DNA from: Lingula anatina
Lineage: Eukaryota > Animalia > Brachiopoda
Direction of reading: 5' to 3'
Assembly (NCBI GenBank): GCA_051362555.1
Contig: CM120648.1
Location: 4,398,587-4,462,586, forward strand
Length of the DNA stretch: 64,000 nucleotides
How positions within the stretch are numbered: the first letter of the stretch is position 1; each line of letters starts with the position of its first letter. Positions 15,714 through 28,772 of this stretch are shown here, one piece after another. The notes under the pieces were generated by a model. It was not told where the DNA came from, did not search any database, and saw nothing but the letters and a program-made list of their open reading frames with translations. A program made the position numbers and the translations under genes.

Positions 15714-17669
15714 GTCAAGGCATGCATGTGCATGCTACCATACCTTGCCTTCATCTTTGACATCATAGTTGAGATGATCAATGACTGCCGTCTTCTCTTC
15801 ATCAAACTCCACTCCACACTCACTGCCCAGCTCTCGGATTGGGTCAGCTGAAACAAATAATTATGTTAAAAATGAACATTTGTAATTGTTGTAAATAGTA
15901 TTTTTACACTTCATAAAAAAAATTCCAACTGAGAAGGAAAATTGGTTTCAACAGTAAAGAGGAAAATGAACAACATGTCAGTTTATGACATTAATCTTTT
16001 TTTCCTTCTTTATTGTACAATTGAAAAAATTCTGTGTAAAAACTTGCCAGTTGTTAAATTAATTTCAAAAATGTTCTTTAAGAAAAATGAAAATTACTTT
16101 GTCTGTTCAATAGGTCAACAGCATTATTTGGTAGAAAGAAACATTTAGCAAATCAATTGTATTGAAATAAGCTTTGTTCATCCTTCACTGATACAAGTCA
16201 AGAAATGCAGCTCTAAACAGAAACAAAATGCCATTAAATCCTTATTTCCAAGCGACCATTTCTTTTCTTATTTCTGAGAAACAGACTGTCCATACTCACT
16301 GATAGCAGAGCTGGCAGCTACCAGGACATTGCCTCCACCATCTATGAAGTTAGTGATGGCGGTGACGTCTAGACTGCCTCCAAATTCTGGGGGGAAAGAT
16401 AAACATATGAAAATAAAGACATGAAATAATCAATTTTCTCTGTAATATAATTGGCTCTACTAACAGAAAATAAATGTCAAGGTTGTTAAGTAGAAGGTGT
16501 GATCAGGCAGGGAACAGACTGATCCATTTACAGGGGCGGATGCAGAGATATTTTCTGACAGTCTTCCAAAGTATCTTTGTTGATTCATCCTCATTTTTGA
16601 CCGTCTTCCGACAGAAAAAGATCGATACCAGTCTATGTAAACTTGAAAATCTGACGGTCTTCCGGAAGACCCAGAAGACGGCCTAAATCCGCCCCTGATT
16701 TACACTGGAGTGGGGTTCAATTCTACTGGTACTCTTTGCTGTGAGGCCAGTGAACACTAGTATTCTAGCAAACTGACAAATAATTTTGAAGCAATTTACA
16801 TACCTACAAGAAAAGGCAATGATGAAAAATGTAATTCTTTATAAATAAACAAATAATCATATCTCCATGACCATGAAAATCATATGACCATGAAAATATT
16901 GAAATCCGCTTGCCATGAGACATTCTCAAGTCAAAGCCTTTAAAATTTACCCTAGTTATAAGGAACAGTGACAAGGAAAATCTGAAGATCCTGTACATAT
17001 GTTACTAACAATAAAGTGTGGTTAAATATTAGTGACATACCTTCCACGGAGGGAGCAAAGATGACCAAGTTGTCGTAGAGAAACTCTCCATATTTGATCA
17101 GAGCCAAGCTAGCATCATCTGCAGTCTTAAATGTCAGATCAAATCCACGCTCTGGAAAATTAAAAGCAATGACGGTTAACTTGCACAGTGTTTCTCAACA
17201 CATCAGGATTCTTTGAATATAAAAAGTTTAAACTAAAAAAAAAATTCAGCATAGGTTTCAAACAGAGTCCGTCTGTGTAGTAATGTAAGTTTAAATTCAT
17301 TTACCAAAAAAAATTGAAAGGTAATTGAAGAAAATGTCTTGTCTGCATATCTTATTTGCACAGATAACGCTAAAATATATGTCTGCTTGGATTTTTACAC
17401 ATAGTATAATTTCCCTGCGGCTAGGAATCATCCGGGAGAAAACAAGGAAACAGGGATTAAGGGCTGGGGGGGGGGGGGGCAGGGTATAGTTTACGGTGCC
17501 TTGGGTGTATATCTGCATACTCACCTCTCAGCGACCTGAAGAAAATAGAATGTGTTTCACGAATAGACCAGTTATCCACCAACACCAAAGTCTTCTTCCC
17601 TGTTGCATAAACAGAGAAGATGCAAGCTAAAACAACCAAGAAACCGGCAAGTGCACGCGTGGCAGCCAT
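11321..17669 (-). CDS. DDOST: Oligosaccharyltransferase 48 kDa subunit (OST48/WBP1)
   Basis: Eleven GT-AG exons: 17669-17525, 17151-17041, 16386-16300, 15847-15744, 15420-15326, 15040-14947, 14583-14438, 13410-13263, 12942-12822, 12331-12225, 11476-11321. Signal peptide [22 protein letters not shown]; motifs [98 protein letters not shown]; C-terminal TM and KAKTE* dilysine-type ER retrieval tail. Confidence 0.97.
11651..12000. mobile_element. Kolobok-like non-autonomous DNA transposon, copy 1 (last DDOST intron)
   Basis: TTAA|AGGGATAATAACTCTTCGT...ACGAAGAGTTATTATCCCT|TTAA. TTAA target with purine (AG) start is the Kolobok pattern rather than piggyBac; three copies in the window. Confidence 0.85.
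15663..15715. repeat. (TG)n microsatellite in a DDOST intron
   Basis: Direct reading; (GA)n tracts at ~3508-3541, ~36866-36899 and ~38752-38800. Confidence 0.95.
16531..16697. mobile_element. MITE family 2 (CAGGGGCGGAT termini), copy 1, DDOST intron 2
   Basis: TIR CAGGGGCGGAT...ATCCGCCCCTG, 5-bp duplication ATTTA; related copies at ~40121-40277 and ~48048-48215. Confidence 0.85.
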
Positions 17670-18698
17670 TTCTCGTCTTTGCGGAAGGATATCAATTCTG
17701 ATTATTAGGTCAAAATAGTTCAACAATAAAAGACAGCATGCACAAATTAAACATGCTATAGGTGCATAAATTGTATAACTGCAAGAAAATCTTGTTCAAA
17801 TATTCTTTACGCAACCTTTATCAACAAATCAATTGTCCATTTACCATATTTTCTAACTATTTTGTGTAGCGGATGAAGGAATATATTACCACAGTGCTGC
17901 TATAAATTGACCAATCAGTGTCAGACACCGTGTCAAGGAACAAAGTGACAGATCGCGCGGTCATTTCGATTTTGATGTATAGGGTCTGGTCTATATGTAT
18001 GTGGACCCTGCTAGACAACGTTTAGAATGCATATACCCACCCGGTAGCCTAATTTTATGAAACAGTCATGACCAGGCGTCTTTTGAAGAACAGAAAGAAG
18101 TAGAGCCTAGTATATAACACCTCCGACACTTGCATGGTAGGCTAGCTATAACTGAATGACATAGAGCCTATGCAGGAAGGAATCTTAATTTTGGTAGGGT
18201 TTTACTACCTAAAAACAGTTCCGAATGGGGTTCGACTTCAAACGCCCCTTTAAAGGGATTAAATCTGTGCTCAGAGGTTTAATTGCTAGGCCCCTGCAGC
18301 GACGGCGCGTGTGGAGGCGGGAAGACCATCAGGAATCAGCGGCATCTCTTTTGAACTGTGGTCGGCCATATTTAGTCGGCAGAACAGTAAGTACTCGGAT
18401 CATCCATTCTGAACGGGGCCTCTTCTGATTGGCTAGAAGCGAAGGGACAAGGGCTGCCGACGTATTCTTTATTTCGCGTAGAAGATGTTCGTCATGCGTA
18501 GGCCTACTAATTTTTATAGTAAGCCCTATTGTTCTTTGTTATTCACCGACCCACGTAGAATTTTGCATGCACTCCATACACAGAAGGTTAAAACACGTTT
18601 TGATCTATTTCTGCATACTTAATACTTAATTCGATAATACCCGCTTTTTAAAGGAGGAAGGTGCAACACAAGCGTTAGGCCTACTGCTTTTTAAAATA

Positions 18699-18701
<3 letters not shown>

Positions 18702-18774
<73 letters not shown>
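18702..18774. repeat. (TA)n microsatellite
   Basis: Direct reading; similar (TA)n tracts at ~22193-22274, ~47185-47231 and ~60750-60820. Confidence 0.95.
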
Positions 18775-18777
<3 letters not shown>

Positions 18778-18940
18778 GCCCGTAGCCAGCAAATTCAAAA
18801 GGGGGGTTCTTTTACTGAAAAAGTGGACCTTTTGCAATGAAACTTATGTGTACCTAGATCAAATTTTACCCAAAATGGACCTTTTCCTGACAAAAGGGTG
18901 GTTCTTTCGAACCCCCGAACCCCCCCTGGCTACGGGCCTG
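18775..18940. mobile_element. MITE family 1, copy 2, abutting a (TA)n tract
   Basis: Same TIRs and internal sequence as 6560-6729. Confidence 0.88.
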
Positions 18941-21900
18941 GCCTATATATATATTATAAGAGTTATTTCATGCATAACCTTAAATGACATAGGCATCACA
19001 TACAGACATATCAGTGCGTGTGTGGGATGGGTCAGTCATGTGGAAAAGATCTCACAATAAGGTTTTTGGTTATTTAAGCTGACATCATTTTACGCGGGAG
19101 ATGGAGTCTCTTCGGGTTTTTGCTCTTTTGACCATTGTTGTCCAAAGTATCAATGGATTCGACCGTGGTAGTCAATACCTTAAATTGATGCAGCTGTATT
19201 CTGTGAACAGGCAAACGAATCAGCTGTACACCCTTTTTGCTAAAGATTGTCCAGAGTTTCTTTCTACACCGGACATCGCTGGAGTTGTTAAAGGACAATG
19301 TTCATGTAAAAATCCATTTCTCGAATTTTGAAGATACAGCACTCAATCTATACACTAGAGGAATGTTTTAATCGATCCCCGCCATTTAAAAATTATGAAA
19401 ACAATCTATTAGTAGAAAAAAAGCGTTTTAGTAAACCTCACCTCAATATGCAAAAATGAAGCAACAGATCTGGATCACGTGGTACTGTGACGACAATCAC
19501 GATAAAGGTCTATGAGACTCAACTGAGCTGCATGGTGCATACTGTACAGACGGAGAAGTTAAGGAAAGTTGTGTTGAACGGAGTTGAGGAATTTTCGTTA
19601 TGCCTCGGTGTGTTGCCGTGGGATTCAGCAAAATTGCAGCTCTCGTTGACAATCTTTCTTTGTCTGTGACGGTCTTCCGTGACTTACTTACTAACTTCGG
19701 TGACAATAGTTGCGATGCTCTAGATCATGGTCACCTCAGGTGGTTTAGATCATATCAAGAGCTGGTAGTCTTTCAGATTAACTGTCATCAGTTGGCAAAC
19801 TTACTGATTGCTGATGCATTTCAAATGCATTGTAGTTGACCAAAAGCTCGTTTACAACAAACCTGTTAATTATGCACCGCTGCAATTCCCAAGCCAGGTA
19901 ATAACAGGTATGAAACTCGTCTTGGTGGGCTTTCATATTTTTCAATATATCTCATTTATTTCATGGGGTTATTTTATTGGTATTTGTAAATGACGTTAAA
20001 TATCAATACTTAAACAATTAAGTTCAAACACGGTCGCGAACATTAATAAAAGAAATTGCTCTCAGGGTATCTTGAAGCTTCCGTGGAAGAAAACGTGTTG
20101 AGGAAAAACAGGAAAAAGAGCGTTATATTAAAGAAAAAATGGGAACTGCTATAATAAAATGGTTCGTTATCCTAATTCGTTTATGCTTTGAGGATTTGTT
20201 TCTGAAGATTATTTCATCTGAAATATTAAATAATTTAAAAGATTGATCATTTTATAACTTGAAACGCAAATTCTGCGTCAGTACGCAATTTTTTTTTTTT
20301 TTTTTTGCAAATTTGTAAGCTTATAACACCGTGCTATAAAGATCTACTCAAGAAAAAAATTTGCTTGGGTAAAATTGAGTACGGAATGAACTGGAGACAC
20401 TTGGCTTGTCATTAAGTTTACACGAAAATATGTCAGGTAACTTTATACTGTCTTTGAAAGAGTAAAGATTGAAAGATAATTTTAGACAAACTTTGACGGG
20501 GGAAATACCTACAAAGAGTAATGGGCTATTTCGCCAACATCTTGTTGAAAATTTTACACTGCAATTCTATTCAAATAAGCTAAGGAACTAATTGCCAAAT
20601 TAATACTTTCATCACATAACAGGGGGGTAACCAGACCTGCAAAAATTGTACGCACATATTTAAAAAGATTACAAGCACATACAGCAAAATGTAGACTTAC
20701 GCAAAACATGAACGACAGCGTAATCACAGCAAATGTACCTCATATAGTAGCTTAATTTCCATTAATAATAAAATCATCATTTAAGTCAAAAATATTCTTG
20801 CGATTTAATAACTATTTTAATTTACCCAGAACGGTATATTTATTTTAAAGGCGGTTAACTGAAATATAGTTTTATGATTTGTTTGTGAAAATTGCCCATG
20901 TCACCCTGTTAGTTTGGAGGTCTAAGCTGGATCAAGTCCGTGTTAAAATTCCTATGAAGTTGTGCAGGAAAAATTCTTCCTTTCTTTCTCTAGCTCCTCG
21001 ATAAACCTGGTGTTCAGATTTTATCTAGTACCCCCAGGTCTACGGGAGCTGAGCTTTGTAACTAACGCACAGGTAGATTTTTACCTGAGATAACTGGCGT
21101 AAAGCTTAGATAGAGAGTGCGTTCGATACAAGCAAGACAAATTGAATGCCATTTAACCCTCTAATTAAGAGGTAAAGGAAGTTCCAGTTAGATGGATGAT
21201 TAAGATAGGACTTGTCAAGGTAACGGGCATTGTTTACCTCAGTTTAATAAAAGTATGCAAGACGGAGTGTCAGCGGTTTAATAAAATAAATTAAATTTCA
21301 CAAATAACATGGACCTCATATGCAATAATCAACATTTCCCTTAACTCATTCAAATGCAGTGTTTTATACAACTTGGGATAACCATAATGAAATGCTTGTT
21401 AAAGAAATGACTAGACGGGAAATGGTTTTACACAGCTTCACGAGGATTTAGACCCCTCGGGTAAGAGATTTGAATGAGTATAAACTTTTATCAGAAGCCA
21501 GAGAAGTCATCTTACAGGTAGACAATGCAGCTCAGTTTGACAGCTAAGCACGCTCTGTTCTCCAGTGGCTCGATTGTCGTCATTGGACCACGTGACCACG
21601 TAGCTCATTATCTCCCAGGTCGAGCAAATAGGACGTTTTTTAAAGCCAAAAATTTACAAAATGAGCTTTTAATTTGTGTATTTGGATTAAGATATCGTTA
21701 GTTGGGCATGTTTTCTGAAGAATATGTTCCGTTCAGGCCATTCTGACGGCATGAAGCAAACCCTTTAAGGACATATTTGGCAAGCGAGACGCCGCGGCGG
21801 TGATAGGGTCGGAACTTGATGTAAAGTTAGCGCTCGCAAAAGAACATTTCGGCCACTTACTTCAGCAATACAAGGAATGTGCAAGTAAAAAGGGTCACAT

Positions 21901-22187
21901 GAGCGGTAATAATTATTTCAATATTACCATTTTATAAAATCATATTTATTTAAAACATCAGGGGCCTGAGGTTCGAAGATCTTGATGCACGGGTGTCACC
22001 TGGAAGGGTTCACTTATAAAAACTGCATGCGCATTAAAATGACTCATCTGTTCTGCACCATAGTTAGAATTACATAACTATTAATAACGAAATCCGCTCT
22101 TTTGAATTTGAATATTTATCATGCAGAGGCCACACCTGAGATCCAAGAGGTGGCCTTCAAAAACGAAATATGATATATATCCATTTG

Positions 22188-22278
<91 letters not shown>

Positions 22279-22682
22279 TTGTTTGAAACTTATCAACTGT
22301 TTTTTTAAAACTTTATTTCTATTCACACAATTGTCTCTCTCTATATTCTTTGTTTCTGCAGTATATAACTAATTTTTTTTTATGGCATCACTGTTCTTCT
22401 TGGCGGTGCAATCGAGTTGAAACAAGTTTTATTTTACATTCATTACTCTATCAAGATGTCAGCCGAACTTTGAATAGTATGAAAGGGCTGTCAAATGAAT
22501 AGGCTTAACTTAAAGGTCCAACACGACAAAATAACTATCAAATATGCTTTATGATCTTGCTGAAAAGACCAGTCAAACAAAAAGTAAACAAACATGTCAT
22601 AAATTTTGTGAGGTGGGCACTACCCACGATTCACGTGCAATTGTTGTAATGAGTAAGTTGGACCTATATGTATATTCGACAG

Positions 22683-25368
22683 GAATAGACGCATGTTCAG
22701 TTAACCTCTGTCAAAACAACGGCGTGTGTGAGAATGTGCTTGGATTCCCCCAGTGTTTGTGTTCACAGGGATTCTCCGGTGACAAATGCCAGTACGGTGA
22801 GTGTGAAATGATTTGTATGAAATAATTTTTGCTTCAACTGATTAAATAAAGGGAGTCAAACTTCAGAATGTCCAAAACTAAGATCATTTTCATATGTTTT
22901 TTTCTGTTCGACAGAAGGATCCAGGGACTTCCTGAAACGAGCCCGAGTGATAAAAATATTTTCATCGTTTCAATTTTCTTTAAGATATCGACGACTGTGC
23001 CAGTAACCCCTGTAAGAACGGTGGAACGTGTGATGACAGAGTTAATGGGTTCCAGTGCACATGTCTCGCGGGATATACTGGAACCACGTGTGAAACAAGT
23101 ACGTACAAAATTGGACCCATTTTACTTATACGTTCCAAGGTTAACAGTACAGATAGTTACTGAGCGAGAAATATGTCGATTTTTAATATGAGTGGTTTTT
23201 GTATCTGAAAAATATGTGAGGCTTCTTCTAATACACAGTTTATTTTCTGCTTTTTAGATATCGATGAGTGTACGAACATCCCCTGTAAGAACAATGGAAC
23301 ATGTGTGGACAGAGTTAATGGGTTCCAGTGCACGTGTCTCGCGGGCTTTACTGGAACCACGTGTGAAACAGGTACATACAAAATTGGACCCATTTTACAT
23401 GTACTTGTACGTTCCAAGGTTAACAGCTAGTGCGGATAGTTACTGAGCGAGAAATATGTCGACTTTTAATATGGGTGTATTTTGTACCTGAAAAGTATGC
23501 CAGGCTTCTCCTAATACACAATAATACAAGATGTTTATTTTTGCTCTTTAGATATGGATGAGTGTACAAACAACCCCTGTAAGAACAATGGAACATGTGT
23601 GGACAGAGTTAATGGGTTCCAGTGCACGTGTCTCGTGGACTTTACTGGAACCACGTGTGAAACAAGTACGTACAAAATTGGACCCATTTTACTTATAGGT
23701 TCCAAGGTTAACAGTACAGATAGTTACTGAGCGAGAAATATGTCGATTTTTAAATGTTGTCGTAAATGTTGTCGTTATTTAAATGTTGATTTATGAATCG
23801 TACATTTCAATGATCGTCTATTAATTCTTACATTGAGTTCATTCATTCTTTCATGTATCTAACAGTTATATTTTAAATAAATCAACTTGTACCTGTATAT
23901 TCATGCATTCGATTTAAAATGTATGCTTTAGCCAATTATGCATTCGAAGTGATTGACACAAAGAACGTCACGTACAGTGGACTGCGGTTCTTGGCTGTCA
24001 AGGTCCGCGTACCGGCAAATGGTAAAAGTGCATCGTCCGATTGGTGTTACGACTATCGAAATATGTGTCAGTCATTTGGACGAAGACCAACTGGCTGCGG
24101 GGGAAGATGGATTAGTGATTCTAGATACAGCAGGTAAATGAATGGACTTTTTAGAACCAGTTTTCCGTTTTATAGTGAAGTTTCTGAGAATTGCTTTAAT
24201 AAACACTACAATTTTAAAAGCTGACTGCAGTTTTGCTTTTAAGGCTGTATTCCCAGAGCTTTTAGATCGACCTATCCCCGCGGGGAGTCTCACTAGATTA
24301 CTGTCAGATAATCCGGCATCAACGTCCGTCCCGCCTACTACAAGCTGTAAGGGGGTAATTAACTTTCGAGTCCGCCCGGCTGACAGCTATTTAGCGTGAA
24401 CCCCCAGGGAGTTAGGTCGATCTAAAGTAGATCGATCTAATCTCTGGAAATGGGGTCTAAGACAAGCATATTTTACTTACGGGTAAGCTACCCATGCAGG
24501 TACTCGACGCAGGTTCGTTTTGAGCCTCTGTATCCAGATCTTCAACTGTGTCCAGATCCGCCAGGTCATCGAACACGTTGTCTTCTGGTAAAATAAAAGC
24601 TTTAGGGATGTTTTTAATGTTTTGGTTACTCCAATGTTTGGTCAGTCTTCGTTCATACACATTTAAGGTTGGGACTGTGACTTCTACAGGTTGCAAGTTC
24701 CAGAGCTTGGTCAAAGTAAATGTGCTGCGCCTTTATACGTGATCTTGAAACTAGCACTTTGTAGTTATCAAATGTGACAGGTGTCATTGAGTTAGGATAA
24801 TAACAACAGTTTCTTTCATCATTAAAAGGGATGATGAGAATACTTAAGGTAACATTTGTGACAAAGAAAGAAAGAGAGAAAGAAAGAAAATTAAAACCAG
24901 AGAGGGTAAAGCCGAACGCAAAATGTCACACTGTGAAATATGCCCGAGATAAGTCACATTTATGTGCCAAACAGCATTTGTTACGGGATGAGACTGCTAA
25001 GAGCTACTTTTTACTAGAAGCATTATTACCCTACAATGACGAGTCGTGTTGTATTCTAGGCACAATATACGTATCTTTACTAATATATTGTCCATTGACG
25101 AGTCGTGTTGTATTCTAGGTGTCGTGACGTCTACTCATCCTACATGCCGTCCAATAATCAGTTGGATTGCAATCCTAGTTCAGGAGCACGTGCCTTAGCC
25201 ATGGCTGCGTTCAATGTCACTCCGCCCATCTACACGTGCTTTGCTTTTCATCGCTGCGAGTCATCTGGGGACTGCTCCTCGACCTTTGCTTCTTCAGGCG
25301 ACGGGCTTACTTACGTCAGCAACATCATGAGCAAAAACGATCGCGTGGGCTACACCGTGTGCTATTAA
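22683..25368 (+). CDS. Extracellular protein with four EGF-like repeats (three calcium-binding type, fibropellin/Notch-like) and an unrecognised Cys-rich C-terminal domain; 5' exon(s) not resolved
   Basis: Four 114-nt phase 1-1 exons 22683-22796, 22985-23098, 23258-23371, 23552-23665 (e.g. [38 protein letters not shown]), then 23932-24133 and 25119-25368 ending ...GYTVCY*. All junctions GT-AG and in frame. Confidence 0.85.
22985..23752 (+). repeat. Tandem triplication of an EGF exon plus its downstream intron (units of 273 and 294 bp)
   Basis: Intron sequence gtac..acaaaattggacccattttac...gttccaaggttaacag...gatagttactgagcgagaaatatgtcga recurs after exons at 23099, 23372 and 23666. Confidence 0.92.
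24247..24456. repeat. Interspersed repeat with imperfect inverted termini (EGF-gene intron); inverted copy at ~41883-42092
   Basis: ttagatcgacctatc.ccgcggggagtctcac...ccccaggga.gttaggtcgatc.aaagtag matches the reverse complement at 41883-42092. Confidence 0.8.
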
Positions 25369-25409
25369 TAGCACGTCGGAAATATTACCTCTGGCCGGTT
25401 TCTTTTAAT

Positions 25410-25734
25410 TTAAGGGATAACTCTTCGTATGAGATCTATATTTCACAATAAAAACATTGTGAACAACTCACAGAAATATAATATATTCTGTTTTACCACA
25501 AAAACGGCAGTTATAGCTATTATTAGGATATCTGAGCTTGTCTTTATAGACCACGTGACCTCCATTGATGGCTATACTCTGTTATAATCTCTTAACAAAC
25601 TTTTTAGAAAAAAAAAACAGGGACTAACTTTGAATGTAAAAATGGAATCATTAACCGTTGGTAAATATGGGAAAATTGTTTACTCCAGGAAAATTCATTT
25701 TTTTGGCCAAAACGAAGAGTTATTATCCCTTTAA
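25410..25734. mobile_element. Kolobok-like element, copy 2 (~40 bp after the EGF-gene stop)
   Basis: Same TIRs and internal sequence as 11651-12000 with a small internal deletion. Confidence 0.85.
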
Positions 25735-27300
25735 CTCTTGATTCTTTTATTTTGATTTTCAAATTTCCAACTATAAGGCCTAATATAACTTTGAGGTTAC
25801 AGAATACATAATTCTTAGTATGTTGAAACCAAGAACTGGTGGCTTTCAAAGCGAGGTTACAAAGAATTTCAGAATGATAGCCACGAAACCGAAGTATAGA
25901 AATATTGCTTTTTTGACAAAAAATTGAGAAATAAAAATATGCAATCGGAATACAATCCACATACGACAGGACGCCAGTAGCATGTACTTGTCAATTAATT
26001 TTGATTTTAAACCATTTTCAGAATGTTTTATCAAAAAAGAGTCAAAGGAATGAATAAAATTAATGAAAGTGGTTCAGACTTCGGTTTCTTTTTTCATTGA
26101 AAAGGCTACAGAACACCGTGTTCTTCTCAGCTGGTCTGCGAACGATGGGTATTTCCTCTGTTAAGGGGTCGAATAGGGCCCCGGGGTGTAAGTGCATGCT
26201 TTGCCTCTCTGCGTGTAGATAGTATTTTAATACTTAATACTTAAAAGTAGGATGTGTGCCTAATAATTCAAAAGTTTGTTTACCCTTTTTTAACAATCCA
26301 AAATCTTTAGTATAGGTCAATTAGATGTGATATAGTTCACTTGTAAAGAAAATTTGGGCTTTGGAATTGCTCTAAAACATTCCTTAGTGCAAATAAAAAC
26401 AATAAGTTAAATAAACGTTGACAAAAATTCTATAAACTCGAAACTACTGGTTTACCGAATATGTCAATGGCGCGGGAATGGCCGGTCTTAAGAAGTCGCA
26501 TTGTACTGTGGGATATTTCATATCTCCAAGGGACAAGCTCCATCAAAAATTAAATCTATATTTGGTAAAATTCATTAGTGCGTATGTACATTAGTTTTTA
26601 AAAAACTAGCATTCAGAAAGAAGCACTGACTAGCTTGACTTTTTATAATGGGTACTTCATTTTTATTTATATTATAAATTGTGAGAGGGAATTGCTCTCG
26701 GCCCACACTTAAATACTGTTATAATACACCAAATACGTTTTTTTACAAGAGTAGACATGTTCAGCCAACTTGTGCAGGACCAATGTGACACGCGAGAGCT
26801 TACTTGGTTTTCTTAGTGTTTTTCGCCAGGATTCACCGGATAAACAATTAAATGATGAACAAATGACAAATGTCAGGACGGTATGTATGAAATGATACAT
26901 CTATGAGTAAAATTCATTGTTATCAAAGTTAATCAATTGATAAGAGTGACAAAAATTACAGAAAGTCTAAATCTGTAGTTATTGATGCATTTGTATTATC
27001 TGCAAATTGCAAATATCTTGAAAGAATGGTAATTACTCTCAGATCTAGAGACCACATCCCTCTTCCCGTCACAAATAATTTTAGTAAGAAGAATTATTTA
27101 TCATTTAACCAGTTGTCACGAACATGGATGACATGGTCATTGAGACTAATGTTATCATTTACTACTGCTTTAGCCATGTCTTAAACATGTAATTACGTCT
27201 TTAGTTCAATCGTAAAGATAACGCAGTGCCCAGCCACCCCAAACCCCTTTGTAATGAGTACCCTCTTCTATCTTAAACGTGCAGCGGACTTCCTCCTCCG

Positions 27301-27411
27301 TCAGTCGGGTTGGAGCAGTTAGAATACAGCGGCCGACCTGGTGCGTTCGCCATTTGGTCTAGACTGGCTTGCTAATCACTTCTTTAATTTGTGAAAGCAT
27401 CCTGCTGGAAG
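27301..27411 (+). other. Candidate non-coding first exon of cluster paralog A
   Basis: TCAGT initiator-like start and strong donor GGAAG/GTATGT; lies upstream of the first coding exon of paralog A. No transcript support. Confidence 0.35.
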
Positions 27412-28470
27412 GTATGTATACCGGTATTGACCACCTTATTCATGCCGTTTTATATTCTGTTACAGATATGTCATTTATTATATATATATATATATTGTTG
27501 GCATTTTAATAGTATGGTTTATTAATTAATGAATGTGCGTGTGAGAAGTGGCCACTTATGTTATTGGTAACGAAGTGAAACACTAATTTGACTTTTATGT
27601 ACATGGACTTCATCTTCCAACATTTAATCAGGATGACAACAAAAAAAATGGGATAGAAGTCAAAAATTGGGATAGTGAGGGATAACGAAGAAATAAGCTA
27701 AATTCCATGAAAAGCCATTACTAGAACTTGTCATTGATATTCGTGATTAGGAAAAAAACTAAAACCCAAAATTGAAATCGTTTGAATGGCGGACTATTAG
27801 ACATTGTTTTTGTGTTACATGTTTGGGATAATACGATATAGAGAGATATTTGTAAACCAAAACTCATTTCCTTTCGATACATTTTAGAGGTCCTAAAATG
27901 GAATTTTACTACGGGGACTTATTAAGGGGGGCTTTCCCTCTTAAAAAGTCCTTAGCGAGTTGCCTTCCCTGCTGTTAAGTTAAGTTAAGTCGATTAATTG
28001 GCCGTATCGGGGGTACTCCGTGCAGGCGACCCATTTACGTAATGTCCGGTGTGACAGAAATGATAATTCTAGGAATGGAAGTCCCATATGACCGGGGTCC
28101 CATATGACTTGGACATTTTTATGTCCAAGGTACAGGTAATAGTCGGAGTATTGGGGTTAGTATATGGGACGAATGTCACCTGTACAAAGTAATGGGCAAG
28201 GGACTACAGTACTTGTGTGTTTGGACCTAGAGGACTACCATACCTGTCATACCGGTTTTACTCTCTACCGGAGGCCAGCTGTGTGATGACGTCATTTCTG
28301 TGCAACCATTCTTGCTGGCAACACAACGGATCTACAGGAAAGTGCACATAGATACTCGCACAAATATCTGTGAATATCTACTGAAAGATTGTATCTCCGT
28401 GGCCCTGTTAGAAAATGTATGGGTGCAACCATATCGCTGAAGTGAACGTCTCGATGTGTTAAGAGCCTTA

Positions 28471-28772
28471 GACCGCATTCACAACGAGTTGAGCCATGGC
28501 TCTACAAATCCACGAACAAAATATGGCGGACGTACATGTAAGAAAAACCGCCTAATCTTTTAATAGTCTCTCCGCCTCTCACACGCCTCCCCACGCGTCG
28601 TCCCTGCGGGGGTTCAGTCATTAAATCTCGGCTCCATTGGGACGACACATAGGGAGGCGTGTGAGAGGCGGAGAGACTATTAAAAGATCAGGCGGTTTTT
28701 CTTTCATGTACGTCCGCCATATTTAGTTCGTGGATTTGTAGAGCCATGGCTCAACTCGTTGTGAATGCGGTC
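28471..28772. mobile_element. PIF/Harbinger-like (Tourist-type) palindromic MITE
   Basis: ~135-bp near-perfect inverted arms (gaccgcattcacaacgagttgagccatggctctacaaatccacgaac...) around a ~35-bp spacer, flanked by TTA on both sides; a decayed relative lies near 18300-18380. Confidence 0.85.

Noticed and set aside
22382-22420. MASLFFLAVQSS as first exon or signal peptide of the EGF gene
   Set aside because: It terminates in a stop and has no convincing in-phase donor; the 5' end of the gene remains unresolved.
22985-23752. Regularly spaced repeats as a CRISPR-like array
   Set aside because: Eukaryotic context; the units are EGF exon plus intron duplications with no unique spacers or cas genes.
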